From positions 23,500,001 through 23,564,000 of the forward strand of contig NW_024704742.1 of the NCBI RefSeq assembly GCF_018977255.1: DNA of 64,000 nt, read 5' to 3'. Under the pieces are notes generated by a model. The model was not told where the DNA came from, ran no database searches, and saw nothing but the letters and a program-made list of their open reading frames with translations. This stretch comes from Callorhinchus milii. Its lineage: Eukaryota. Shown here in pieces: positions 37,701 to 50,500 of this stretch (position 1 is the stretch's first letter; each line of letters begins with the position of its first letter). The position numbers and the translations under genes were made by a program.

Positions 37701-38557
37701 CCTGATAGGGGTCTGAGACATGTGAAAGGCGCTATATAAATGCAAGTTGTTTTTATTGTTAAAGAAAAACCTTCAACTCAAACCCTCAGCCACTGGTACT
37801 TTCAATTCTTTTTGTGTCTTTCGTGGTATGAACAAGTACCTGCAAGCTTCCACTTTACAAAAGGGAAGAAAATTTAAGTGCCATTTAATTGCCCAACACT
37901 TTTTTTGAATTTCTCCCCTCTCAAGAATCCTATTGTGGTTACAAAGACTATATTATTATTAATAATGTATTCTTAAGGATGATTAATATTAATGTATGAA
38001 AATGATCTGATCACTTCCATCTTGGAAGCAGTAAAGGCTTCAGATATACTAATGTGCAGTTTGAGATGCACAAAGAAAATGTAATTCCTAAATAGCAATC
38101 TCTACAGAAAATTAAGGTACAATGCAACTTTCTTTGACATTGTACCAACTGCATCAGTCTAAATAATATTACCGACTGCAACATGTATAGAAAATCTATG
38201 AACCGATTTAGAATTTGCACATCTATACAATTCAACAAATGCATACTTTATGCACTTTAATCAAGGGCGTATGTCGTGCATGAATTGTCTATGTAAATCT
38301 GCTTCAGGAAATGTCAAGCATCTTGCACGCGTAATAATTACTGGGCAATGAACTGTACAGACTTGTATTTTCCCCTGGTGTAGTTCTATAAATTAGTCAT
38401 TTTGATATAATAAACGCAATAAACCCGCAAAACGAGATTGCAAGTAACAGATAACATCACAATTTTCATGAAAGGATAACAAGCTCCAGACACGGAAGTG
38501 AGGTTATTAAACTAGGCATAGCAAGTGCTTTAACTTTATTTTCAAGGCTATGAGGAA

Positions 38558-38878
38558 GTAATAATAATAATAATAATCCTTGCATTTGATATAGCGCTTT
38601 TCACGTCTTCTAGACGTCCCAAAGCGCTTCACAGAATATACTGTAAAGTGAATTGACTGTATATTTGTGGGCGAACGCGGCAGCCAATTGCGCACAGCAA
38701 TGTCCCACAAACAGTCGTGGATTGAAAATGACCAATTTATTATTGTTTTTTTTTGGAGGGATTATTATTAGGCGTGTGGAGTAAGGAAACTTGCCGAAGG
38801 TTTTGCCCTGTCTGGAATTGAACTCAGGTCTCTCACTTGCAAAGCGAGTGCTCTAACCACTGAGCTACAGGACTCCAC
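38558..38878 (-). mobile_element. Young tRNA-head SINE with most of the Meta-like core deleted
   Basis: Head gcgagtgctctaaccactgagctacaggactccac and a well-preserved tail. The tgctaggtaaacagaggc block seen in the 20.5 kb copy is absent. Confidence 0.85.
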
Positions 38879-39959
38879 AAGTAAATGCAATGTCAACATA
38901 TTAATAATTTCTCTCCACTTCCATGAAGACATTTTCTTACCCGGATATCAAGAGGCCTTTAAGGGTTACCATCTGACTCGTGCAACACAACCCAAGTAGC
39001 TTTTTCTTAAAAGGATTCCATCAGATCTAACACACAGGTAATCTCATTCTCCAAAGGTTTCTAGACAGGCATTTCATTCGTGGTCAAGTTTGGTCCCTGG
39101 TGAATGCTCCATTGCAACAATATGCACCACTGTGAGGCATTCAGCAGCAAAGACTGTAAAGTTCCAATAACATCAATGTCATCCCTGAATGATGTTGACA
39201 TATAAAAGGTAAGCATGGGACATTTCTTATCATTTGAAATCCCTCACTATGAGGGTGTTGACTATCCTGAATTTTAATGAAATGTAAATCTTTGAAAAGT
39301 ATTCAGCTCCCCACACTGCTCCAAGTGCATGCATTTGTGCTACAGTGAATTGCGTTGTCTATGATCCTTGGAGAAGGGACCTCATCCTGTGAGAAATTTC
39401 TGTCAAATGGCAGTCATGGCCACCCATGATAATCAATCTTCTGGCATAAAAAATATACAATACTATAAGAAAAAAATGTACAAGAGAAAGGAACATGTAC
39501 AATTATACAGTTACAATGTCACAAAAAGACTTGCACCTGATGTCACAAATATTTTTGCTGCCATCAACCTGTGTGAGGTCTAAATTTTGCACTCATTATT
39601 TTGCAAGGCAAGGGAGAAACTATTTGAGTTGCAGGGTCCTAAAGTGATCCAGTCAACTTTTATCTTATCCAAATAACCCATAGTTAACTTTGGCTTGTTT
39701 CATTTCAGATAATATACAAGGTAAGACCAGACAACCATTATGTTTCACATAACATCTAATCATGTCTATCCCTATCTTTATGAATATTATACATTTGTTC
39801 ATGTCCTTTTAAGGAATTTAATTGATGTAGCAAACTGCGCTTGTAAAGAGTTAGTTACACAGCTACATGAGGGTGATTGTGTTTATTTTCACTTCCAGTC
39901 TCATTTAAGAGTTAAGATCTGTATCATGTACTCTTGGGATATTTCGTTCAACAAAACTC

Positions 39960-40345
39960 TTTCAATGTAACTTCCTAAAGTAGAGTTTCATTCATTTGTT
40001 GTTCTGTCCAATGCACTATGTGATTCCAAAATCAGGTAACCCAAATATTCCAAACTTTACCTTACCAAACACAGGATTTACATGCTTTTTCAAATTATAA
40101 TCAAATGCCCTCACAATGCATCAAAGACTTAAATAGACTTATTAAGAAGTTCAGACTGGATATGTTCTGTGCCAGATTAATAATCACATCAAAGTCTTGT
40201 CTGCTTTCCTTCATGGGTACCCATTCAACTGAATGCATATTTCAAGCTCCTGTTCTATTGTGCATCACCTTACAATTGTTTGCCTTAAAACCCATCTGCC
40301 ATTCCTTGCCCCATCTGTTTAACATTCATCTCAAGGGCATTTGAC
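39960..40345 (-). mobile_element. Old CR1 RT fragment
   Basis: Minus strand GAATGGCAGATGGGTTTTAAGGCAAACAATTGTAAGGTGATGCAC = EWQMGFKANNCKVMH. Confidence 0.6.
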
Positions 40346-40687
40346 TAAAAGTGGTTACTTTAACTTTGCACAGATCCCTGTTTTAGCCATATTTGGCATA
40401 TTGTGTGTAATCTAGGCCATCTCTCTACCAAAGGTTATTGCTGCCTTGAAGGTGGTTCTGAGAAAAGTAATGAGGCTAATTATGGGACTTTGATCCTTAC
40501 AATCTAGAAGAGACTTACAAAAATAAACTTTTCATTAGATTAATGTGGATCAAAAGCTCCTAGCAAAGCTTACAGAAATTGATAAAACAGATTCAAGTAG
40601 GTTATTGTTTGAACTTGGAGCACAGAACGAGAAGATACAAGTATATATGAATGACACACAACAAATGTCAGCAGTGATGGACTTTTA

Positions 40688-41035
40688 AAATAATAATCCT
40701 TGCATCAGATAGCACCTTATTTGGAAACATGTCAAAGCACTTCAGAATTTTCTTGTAAGTGTAACGGGTGCACAACAATGTTCCATAAACAGTCATGAAT
40801 AAAACTTGTTTGTAATCTGGAGGATTGTTGGCCAGGATACTGGGAAAAACTCTTCGCTTTTCCAATAGTGTCCTGGGACATTTAATGTCCAGCTGCAGAA
40901 GCAGACGGGACCTCAATTTAATGCCTCATCCAAAGTAAAGCACCTCCAACAATGGATCAACCTAGACGATGTGCTAAATTCCTGACGTGGCGCATCTGAC
41001 TCAGAAGTGAGAGAGTACCAACAGAGCCAGGCTGC
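40688..41035 (-). mobile_element. Diverged Deu-domain SINE
   Basis: Tail aataataatccttgcatc; tagtgtcctgggacatttaatgtccagctg; head ctgactcagaagtgagagagtaccaacagagcc. Confidence 0.75.
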
Positions 41036-41424
41036 CACCTGTGAAAGAGACCGAAGCATTTAATGTTGTCAGGGTCACAACCTTTAAAAAAAATCTGATT
41101 GAATATTTGGTTAAGTAAACAAAAAATCATCATGAATATAAAACCTGATGAAGCCAACATTCAATAGAAAATTATATATCCTAACTAAGCTTCTGGGTCC
41201 AGTGAAATGCCCCAGTGAGAAAAGACGAGCAATGTAGAACTGGAGAATCGATCAGTTAGAGCTTGCTCTTAATCTCCCTTTAAAAGGGAGGGGCAAGGTG
41301 ATACTTTCAAGACTATAATGGATTGGAATAAGAATGGTCCATGCAGTAAGCAGCTTGGTAAGGCAATCCGCTTTTCTCTCATTTTGTGTTTTCTTATAAT
41401 CTTTGCATTTAATATAGCACCTTT

Positions 41425-44205
41425 CAACAACAACAACTTGCATTTATATAGCGCCCAGAGCACTTGACAATGGCGGAGCACAACACCGAGCTGGGGGGAG
41501 GTGACCGTAGGCACAGCTGAAGAGGAAGATGTTCAGGCGTGATCTGAAGATGGGGAAGGAAGCGGCAAGGCAGAGGGATAGAAAAAGAGTGCTCCAGAGT
41601 TTCAGGGCGTAGTGGCTGAAAGCGCAGCCACCGACTGTGGAACAGGGACATGAGAGACATGCAGGAGGACAGAGGCAGTCGAACGGAAGCAGCAGGTCAG
41701 AGAGATAGGGAGGTGCCAGGGCATGAAGAGATTTGAAAACAAGTGCGAGAATCTTGAAATTGATCTGTTTGGCGACAGGGAGGCAGTGAACCTGGCTAGA
41801 ACTGGTGTTAAGGGGGAGTGGAGTTTAGTATGGGAGAGTATGCAGGCAGCAGAAGTTTGGATCAGCTGGATTTTGTGGATGGGGAGATCGGCGAGGAGGC
41901 TATTTGAATAGTCGAGGCGGGAGGTGATGAACGCATGGCCGAATGTTTTGGCTGCTTCTGGGGTAAGGTACGATTGAGGAGGTCAAAGTCGCAAGACAGA
42001 AGACGTTGACAGGAGCCAAGGAGTATGGCTTCTGTCTTGTCAACATTGAGTTGCAAGAAGTTTGCGATCATCCAGGATCTGATGTTGCTAGACAAGTTGA
42101 CAGAACATCAGTGGACCTGGAATTGTAGTGGGAGAAGGAAGTAGATTTGTGCGTCATCCACATACATGTGGAAGTTGACCCCATGTCTGCGGATGATATC
42201 GCCAAGAGGGAGCATGTAGAGAAGATGTCAGGATGAGTCTCAGATCACTTCACAAGATTTATTGTAAAGTGTTGTGTAGGCAAATGCAGCAGACCTGCAG
42301 AATGGAGCCCATGGACAGGTGGTGAAGTTTTAATAGGCCGCAGAAATAGGGAGGAACAAGACGGTGGCAGGCTTTAAAGCTGAGGACAAGAATCTTGAAC
42401 TCAATCCTCTGAAGGATGGGGAGCCAGTGAAACCGGCCAAGAATGGGGGTAATCAGCCCAGAAAGCTTGTGGAGGGAAGAGTTGAGAAGTCCAGCAAGCA
42501 GGGAGTTAGTGTAGTCAAGCCTGGACATAATGAAAGCATGGATGAGGGTCTTGGCTCTGCCACTTCCTCACCCCTTAGGCCACCGAAACCCTCATACGCA
42601 CATTTGTCACCTCAAGGCTCGACGACGGAAACTCCCTCCTTGTTGGCCTCCCCAACTCATCACAAGTTGCAGATCATCACTCTGTAGCTCGTACCAGGCT
42701 CTGCGACCACATCACACCCACCCTCGCCTGGCTCCACTGGCTCTCCATCCCTGAGAGGATTGAGTTCAAAATTCTCGTCTTTACCTTCAAGGCCCTCCAC
42801 GACCTTGCCCCCTCCTACTCTTCTGACCTGCTAAACCCCTATCAACCTGTCCGTTCTCTACAGTTAGCAGGCTCCAGCCTGAGTCTCGCACCCGACCCGC
42901 CCTACCATCGGCGGCCGGGCTTTCAGCGTCTCTACCCCTGCTCTTTGGAACTTCATCCCACAATCCCTTCGCCTTGCTCCCTCCCTTGCCTCCTTCAAGG
43001 GATGACTCAAGACCCTTCTTTTCGACCCTGCCTTCTACCTCTCTGTCCTCCCTCATCCCAACCGTGCTTGGGTCCTGATCCCCAACTGTTCAGCGCCTTG
43101 GAACATCCTCCCGACGTGAAAGGCACTTTACAAATGTAATTTTGTTGTTGGCAGCCTGAGTTGAGCGATAGTGTCGGATGAGGGCAATGTTGTGAAGGTG
43201 GGGGAAGGCAAAATTGGTAATAATAATAATCCTTGAATTTGATATAGAGCCATATCACATCTTCGAGACGCCTCAAAGCCTCACAGAATACACTGTAAAG
43301 TGAACTGACTATATTTGGTGGGTGAAATATAATGGTAATGGCACAGATGTGGGGTTTAAAGGACAGTTGAGGGCCAAACAAGACACCAAGATTCCATACT
43401 GGCTCGGTGAAGTGGAGAATGCATCCATGAACAGTGATGTTGTCAACACTTGAGCTGAGGAGGCACCTGAGGTGGGGAGCCAAGCAGGAAAACCTCAGTC
43501 TTTTCAGCATTCAACTGTAGGAAATTGGCTCTCATCCAGGACTTGATGTATGACATTCTTTCCGGACAGCAGTGGTCCCAGAGTCGAGGGTGGAGACAGA
43601 CAGATAAGAGTTGAGTATCATCTGCATACATGTGGAAGTTATCCCTGTGGGTGACATCCCTGAGAGGGCGCATGTAAATATTCAAAACGAGAGGACCAAG
43701 GACAGAGCCCTGGGAACACTACATGTGATAATATGAGGGCTGGAGGAGAAGCCATTGGTGGGAACAAAGCAGAGACAAAGTAAGAATGGAACCAGGCAAG
43801 GACAGAGCCATGAAGGTGGAGCTGAGAGGAGAGGCAGTGGAGAAGAATAAAGTGGTCAACAATGTCAAAGGCAGTGAACAAATCAAGAAGGAAACAAAGA
43901 GAGCCCTGGTCACAAATAGACAGAATGTCATGTATAACTTTCACTATGGCTGTCTCTGTACTATGGGCTGGGCAGAAACCAGATTGGAGAGGTTCAAACA
44001 GGATTGGCGGGAGAGAAAAAGTCAAGTTGGAAGGCAACAACTCATTCCAGAATCTTGGAAAGAAAGGGAAGTTTGGAGATGGGTCAGTAGTTTGACAAGA
44101 AAGATGGGTCAAGAGAAGGTTTGTTTAAGGATGGGGGCGATGAAGGCTGTCTCTAAGGAGTGGGAACGGTGTCTGTAGACAGAGGTTTACAACGTCTGCT
44201 AGCAA
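41425..44205. mobile_element. Cluster of L2 fragments: 41425-42220(-), 42300-42555(-), 42556-43150(+), 43335-44205(-), with a SINE tail at 43216-43325(-)
   Basis: NFLQLNVDKTE, SRLDYTNSLLAGL...FHWLPILQRIEFKI, FEPLQSGFCPAHSTETA...[24 protein letters not shown]. Confidence 0.9.
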
Positions 44206-45114
44206 TAGCTAAAAACAAGCGTGAGCTCCATAGGAGTTGAATGATATTCAGTCTTAATTCACTGTTCAGTCATGGTTCTGCAAAGACTAAAGCACATTTC
44301 GTATTCATAAATTGTAAATATACCACCTAACTAAAAAGCAGAGCAGAAGAGACACAGAGCACATGCAAACACAAAAAAAATTAATCCTTCTTAAGATGCT
44401 GTTCTGATTACTGCTCATCTTTTTATTTGGCATCAGATAACGTGATATTAAAATAAATCTACTTCAAAATTTTCCTCAGTGTATACATTAGCAAATTTAG
44501 GCTTTGCAACGGAAACGTTTTTCATTTACATAAAATGTAAAATACGCAACAAAACTAAAAATGAAAATATGCCACAACTAGCATCAGTAATGGTGACCTG
44601 ATGGAGATCATAGGGTTGGAGTCAGAAAATGAGGAAGGCGGTTAAATAAGAAAATGTAATGAAAAATAAAGTAATTTTTGAAAGATTTTTTACAATGAAA
44701 ATGGACTTTGAGAGACAGATCTTCACTGCATTTTAACTGAAATTAAATGTAGTATATTTAAGGGCCACAAATGTCTCAGCTGTTCAGCATCATAGAACCT
44801 CCTAACTGACAAGTCTGATTCCACAGATCTGGGTCACAAAAAGAAGCAGAATCTACATTTACAAAACTATCTACATGGAAGATTTGCTGACCTCATGCTT
44901 CAAAATGAGCAAGGAACATGCAATACAGAAATACAATTAGGATTGTCTTGGGTGCTGTGCAATATTCTGTACAGAAACTTAGTTTTATTATCCCAAGATA
45001 ATGTCTTCCACCTTTCGTTTCATATTTTCAGAACAGTTTAGCCCATCTAATGTCCTGGAGATCGAGAGATGAGAGATTACACAAATAGTTTAAGAATGAA
45101 TATTCATGTGTAAT

Positions 45115-45550
45115 CAGCTTGGCTTAGTTGTAGCTCTCGCCTCTGAGTCAGAAGGTTGTGGGTTCAAATCCCAAGTCGGGACTTGAACGCACGCAGTCTA
45201 AAATGGCACTTCAATGCAGTGTTGGTGGTGTGTTGCATTGTCTGAAATACAGTCCTTCAGATGAGATGTTAAACTGACGTCTACCTTTCAGGTGGACATT
45301 AAATATCCCATGGGACTTTTCAAAGAGAAGGGAGTTTCTCCCGGTGTCATGGCCAACAATCACCCAAATCAAATTGGTCACATACTCCATGGCCATTTGT
45401 GGTACGTTGCTGTACTGGCCGCTGTGTTTGCCCGAAAACTACACAGTCAATCCTTTTTACAGTATATCCTGTATAGCTCTTTGAGACGCCTCGATGACAT
45501 AATAAACGCAAAATCAAATGCAAAGATTATTATGATTACGATTATTATTA
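45115..45550 (+). mobile_element. Full-length Deu-domain SINE (SacSINE1-like)
   Basis: cagcttggcttagttgtagctctcgcctctgagtcagaaggttgtgggttcaaatcc...caggtggacattaaatatcccatggg...atcaaatgcaaagattattat. Confidence 0.88.
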
Positions 45551-45933
45551 ATGATAATCAGCCTCTTCGGTTACTCTGGAAAACAACAGTATAAAGGGGT
45601 ATGGGGAAAAGGCAGTAAAGTGTGATTAAAAAATCTGCCATGATCTAATAAACTGACAGAATATGGTCAATGGGCTAAATGGCCTCCTCTTGTTTCTGTT
45701 CAACACATCATTAACAATTGTCCAGAAGAATTGATCATTCATTTCATGGCTGCATATGAGGCCTGCTGTGGGCAAACTGTGGCTAAGTGTTTGCCTACAA
45801 TTACACAGTCCTTGCACTTGACAGTAATTACCTTTGAAGCACTTTGAGGCATTTAAGTAGAAAGGCGCTACCTTCAAATGCAAAAATTATAACTGGGGAA
45901 ATGTCAACACATATTCAGTTAGCTTTATCTTAC

Positions 45934-46042
45934 CTCAAACTCAGCATGTCTGTGGATATCCTCTGCCCTCTGTCTGCTCAGGATAAACTCGGCCTCATTT
46001 GCTACCCTGACCAGATGGTCTTTCATGGTATGGCACAGCAGC
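45934..46042 (-). CDS. LRBA: LRBA internal coding exon (109 nt, phase 2 to phase 0): (R)[36 protein letters not shown]
   Basis: Minus strand reads tctcttttggttag|GCTGCTGTGC...TTTGAG|gtaaga. Visible in ORF 45925..46119. Residues ILSRQ and DIHRHAEFE are LRBA-like rather than NBEA-like. Confidence 0.96.
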
Positions 46043-46574
46043 CTAACCAAAAGAGAAACATGGATCTCAGAAAGTCTCGAATCGAAAATATGCCAGTAGA
46101 ACGTATTGAACACTGACAATGTAAAACATACAAGTGAAACATTATGGATGCTTTTATATAAATGTGACCATTATATTCTCTAATTAAGGCAAATCAACTT
46201 ATTTCCCCGCGCCCCCAACACCATTCATGTTAAGATTTCTTTCTGCAGGTGCATGTTCAAATACCTAATAATTTATACTTCATCAAATACTAATACTTCA
46301 GACATTAGGCATTCTGCACAATGTTTTCATAACTTTTGAAGATGAATATATTATACATAGAACACATGTAACAATGAGAAAATTAAAACATAATGTGCAT
46401 AATATAATATGCACGCTGTGTGCAAGAAGCAACAACAGCAGTGACCCAATAATCTGGACTCAAACCCCATAGTAGTCATCATTTACAATACAAATTACAA
46501 TACAAATTCACATTTATATAGCAACTTTCTTAACATTAAGTACAACTTAATCATAAAGTTTATTTTTCTAAACA

Positions 46575-46798
46575 TCCCTCCAAAAATAATCCCTCCAAAA
46601 AACAAAACAATAATAAATTGGTCATTTTCAATCCACGACTGTTTGTGGGACGCTGCTGTGCGCAATTGGCTGCTGCATTTCGCCCACAAATATACAGTAA
46701 ATTCACTTTACAGCATATTTTGTGAAGAGCTTTAAGACATCTAGAAGACTTGAAAAGCGCTATATCAAATGTAAGGATTATTATTATATTATTATTAT
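46575..46798 (+). mobile_element. Young SINE 3' half
   Basis: aattggtcattttcaatccacgactgtttgtggg...aaaagcgctatatcaaatgtaaggattattattat. Confidence 0.88.
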
Positions 46799-47254
46799 GT
46801 TTATTAATTCAGCCATTTCTCTCACCTTTGTTCGCTTGGAACTAAAATAATTATTAAAAAGGATACTAACTGAGAAAACAACCTTACAACAGTGGTGGCA
46901 GAGGGTTAAGAAAGGATGGATGAACTCAAAGAAAGAGGGCCCCTGCATCTTCTTTATTAATAAGCAAATTCTACATGTGACCTTAACATTGTTTCCTGAT
47001 ACCCAAAACCACAGAAGAAGCAATACTACTCCATTTTTATGAGCCATCAGGATTTTGGTTACTTTTCATTAGATTCAAAGGAGGAAAGTGAATTGATTTA
47101 TTCTGGTCAATTTCACAAAGAGCATTTACCAAGCCACCTGGACTATAACCTCCCATACGGTTCTCCCCAAACACAAGTTTTATTTTTCGACATCTATCAG
47201 AAATTCTCCAATGATCATGGGATACAAACTGACAGATTTTTTGTTTCACATCAC

Positions 47255-47590
47255 CGTAATGGGTAGCGTCTCAGAGCACTCAACAGTGGCGGAGCCTGAT
47301 TCTGAGGTGGGGGGTGGTGGCGGGGAGGTGGCGTAAGCACGGTTGAAGACGAAGGTTTTCAGGCGGACTTGAAAAGGGGAAGAGAGGGGCCAAGGCAGAG
47401 GATTGAGGGAGAGTGCTCCAGAGTTTCGGGGCATAGTGGCTGAAAACACAATCTCCGATGGTGGGGCAGAGGGTGCGAGGGACGAGCAGGAAGCTGGTTC
47501 CAGTCGAGCGAGGGATCAGCTGGTAGAATTGGGAGCAAGGAGGTAGGGAGGTGCCAGGGAGTGAAGGGATTTAAATAAAACTTTAATTCA
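47255..47590 (-). mobile_element. L2 3' fragment abutting the 5' end of the CR1
   Basis: FQVRLKTFVFNRAY; ctccagagtttcggggcatagtggctgaaa. Confidence 0.75.
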
Positions 47591-47599
47591 CAGTGGGGG

Positions 47600-50500
47600 T
47601 GGGAGAGGTGACAATGACGTGGCAGGTGTCTGAGCTGGAATCCGAGGTGCAGACATTGCGCAGCATCAGGGACAGTGAGTGCTTCCTGGATAGTTTCATC
47701 GTGGAGCCAGTCACTCCCCTGAGGCTCAGGGAATGTATAGATAATGGTATCAGTCAAGGACAGGATAGGGTGTCTCACAGGGTACACCAGAGAGAGTGGT
47801 AGTGAAGCCTCAGGCTTTAACCTCGGCCAACAGGTACGAGATCCTTGCAACCTGTGTGGACAAGGAAGCCTGTGAGGAGGAAGGAAAACGTGATTTCAAT
47901 ATTAGGGAAAACAAACAGAAAGTTGTAGTAATTGGGGACGAGGCTATCAGGCGGACAGATACACCTATCTGCAGCCGCAACCAGGAGACCCGAAGGCTTC
48001 CTGGGGCCGGGGTGAAAGACGTCTCGGCGGGGCTGGAGGAAAATTTAAAACATGAGGGCGAAGATCCATTGGTGGTACTTCACATAGGTACCAATGATAT
48101 AGGTAGGATTAGTTGTGATGATTTGAAGAGGAAGTTCAAGGAACTGGGAACTAAATTAAAACAAAGAACATCAAAGGTAGTGATATCATGCTGCCTTTGA
48201 CATGTGCAAATTAGTATAGGAATAAGCAAATTGGAGAGTTAAATGCATGGCTGAGGGAGTGATGCAGAACGCAGAACGGCACTGGCACCAGTATTGGGGG
48301 AAAAGGGGTCTATTTCAAAAAGATGGGCTCCACTTAAATCGGGCTGGGACAAATGTCCTAGCAAACCGAATACATGGGAAGGTAAATACAGCTTTGAACT
48401 AGTAAAGGGGTGGGGGGGAATACAATTAGAAATAATCGCAAGCCAGCAATATTAAGAAAACTAAAGGTGGCAGAACAGAATAGCAAGAGAAATAAACAGA
48501 ATAGGTCAAAGAGGGGTAAGAAGCTCAGTAAAGAAGATAGGGCATTAGAGAGTAGGGGAAATGGTAAGAAATTATAATCGCTATATCTGAATGCACAAAG
48601 CATTCGGAATAAGGTAGATGAATTAAAGGCACAGATAGATACAAACAGGTAGGATCTAGTAGAATTAATGAGACACGGTTACAGGGAGATCTAGGGTGGG
48701 AGTTAAATATTCCAGGGTTTTCAGCTTATAGGAAGGATAGAAATTGTGGAAAACGAGGTGGGGGTAGCCTTGTTAATAAAGGATGGAATAAAAACAGTAG
48801 AGGAAGGATTTCAAATCAGATAACCAGGATGTAGATACGGTATGGGTAGAATTACGAAATAACAAGGGGCAGAAAACATTAGTGGGAGTAGTTTATAGAC
48901 CCCCAAACAGTGATCACAGCATAGCGCAGGGTATTAATAAAGAAATTAGAGGAGCACATAGCAACGGTAATACAGTAATAGTGGATGATTTCAATCTTCA
49001 CATAATTGGGAAAACCAAATCGGCAAAAGTAGGGTAGAAGAGGAGTTTATAGAATGTATGAGAGATAGCTTTCTGGGACATTATGCTGAGGAACCAACTA
49101 GGGGACAGGCCATCCTAAACCTTGTTTTGTATGACAAAACAGGGCTGGTCGGTAATATAGAAATTAAGGCTCCTCTAGGGCAGAGTGATCATAACATGAT
49201 ACAATTTAGTGTTAAGTTAGAGAGCGATGTAGTCAAATCCGAAGCAAGGGTCTTAAATTTAAATAAAGCTAACTTTGCAGGTATGAGGGAAGAATTAACT
49301 AAAATAGACTGGGGAATTAGATTAATGGATATGACAATAGACCAACAGTGGCAAACGTTTAAAGATGTAGTGCATAATTTTCAGCGGTCACATATTCTCT
49401 TGAGGGATAAGAGTATCACAGGGAAAGCAGTTCATCCGTAGCTAACTAGAGCAGTTAGAGAAAGTATAAAACTAAAAGAAAAGTCCTATAAAACTGCCAA
49501 AAAGAGTAGCAAACCTGAGGACTTGGGAGTGTTTCAGGGACCAACAAAGGAAAACCAAAAAGCTCATTAGGAGTGAGAAAATGGATTATGAGGGCAAGCT
49601 AGCTAGGAACATTAAGACAGATTGCAAGAGTTTTTATGAATACATTAAGAGGAACAGGCTAGCAAAAGTAAATGTGGGTCCATTACAGGCAGAGACAGGA
49701 GGAATTATAATGGGGGATAAGGATATGGCAGAGTCCCTAAATAAATACTTTGCTTCTGTCTTCACGTTAGAAGACATAAGAAGTTTACCAGAAATAGAGA
49801 TGAACCAAAGGGCTAATGATAGGGAGCAACTTAGAGAAATTTACATGAGCAAAGAATTGGTGTTAGGGAAATTGTTGGCATTAAAAAGTGACAAGTCCTC
49901 TGGACCTGATGGTTTGCATCCTAGGGTTTTAAAAGAGGTAGCTCATGAGATAGTGGAGACCTTGTGTCTGATCTTCCAAAATTCTTTGGATCTGGAACGG
50001 CTCCCATTGATTGGAACGTCACACCACTATTTAAGAAGGGTGGGAGAGAAAAGATGGGGAACCATAGACCAGTTAGTCTGACATCGGTGGTAGGGAAAAT
50101 TCTAGAATCCTTAATTAAGGATGTCGTAGTGGGATACTTAGAGGATCACAATATGATTAGACAGAGTCAACATGGCTTTACAAAAGGGAAGTCAAGCTTA
50201 ACAAATATTTTAGATGTTTTTGAGGTCATATCAAGTAATTAGATAGGGGGAAAATCAGTGGATGTAGTGTATTTAGATTTCCAAAAGGCATTCGATAAGG
50301 TGCCACATAAAAGGTTGATCCTCAAGATTAGGGCCCATGGAATTAAGGGGAATATATTAGCATGGATTGAAGAATCGCTAACGGGAAGAAAACAAAGAGT
50401 GAGTAGGGATAAACAGGTCCTTCTCAGATTGGCGGGATGTGACTAGTGGAGTGCCACAAGGATCAGTGCTTGGGCCTCAACTTTTACAATCTACATCAAC

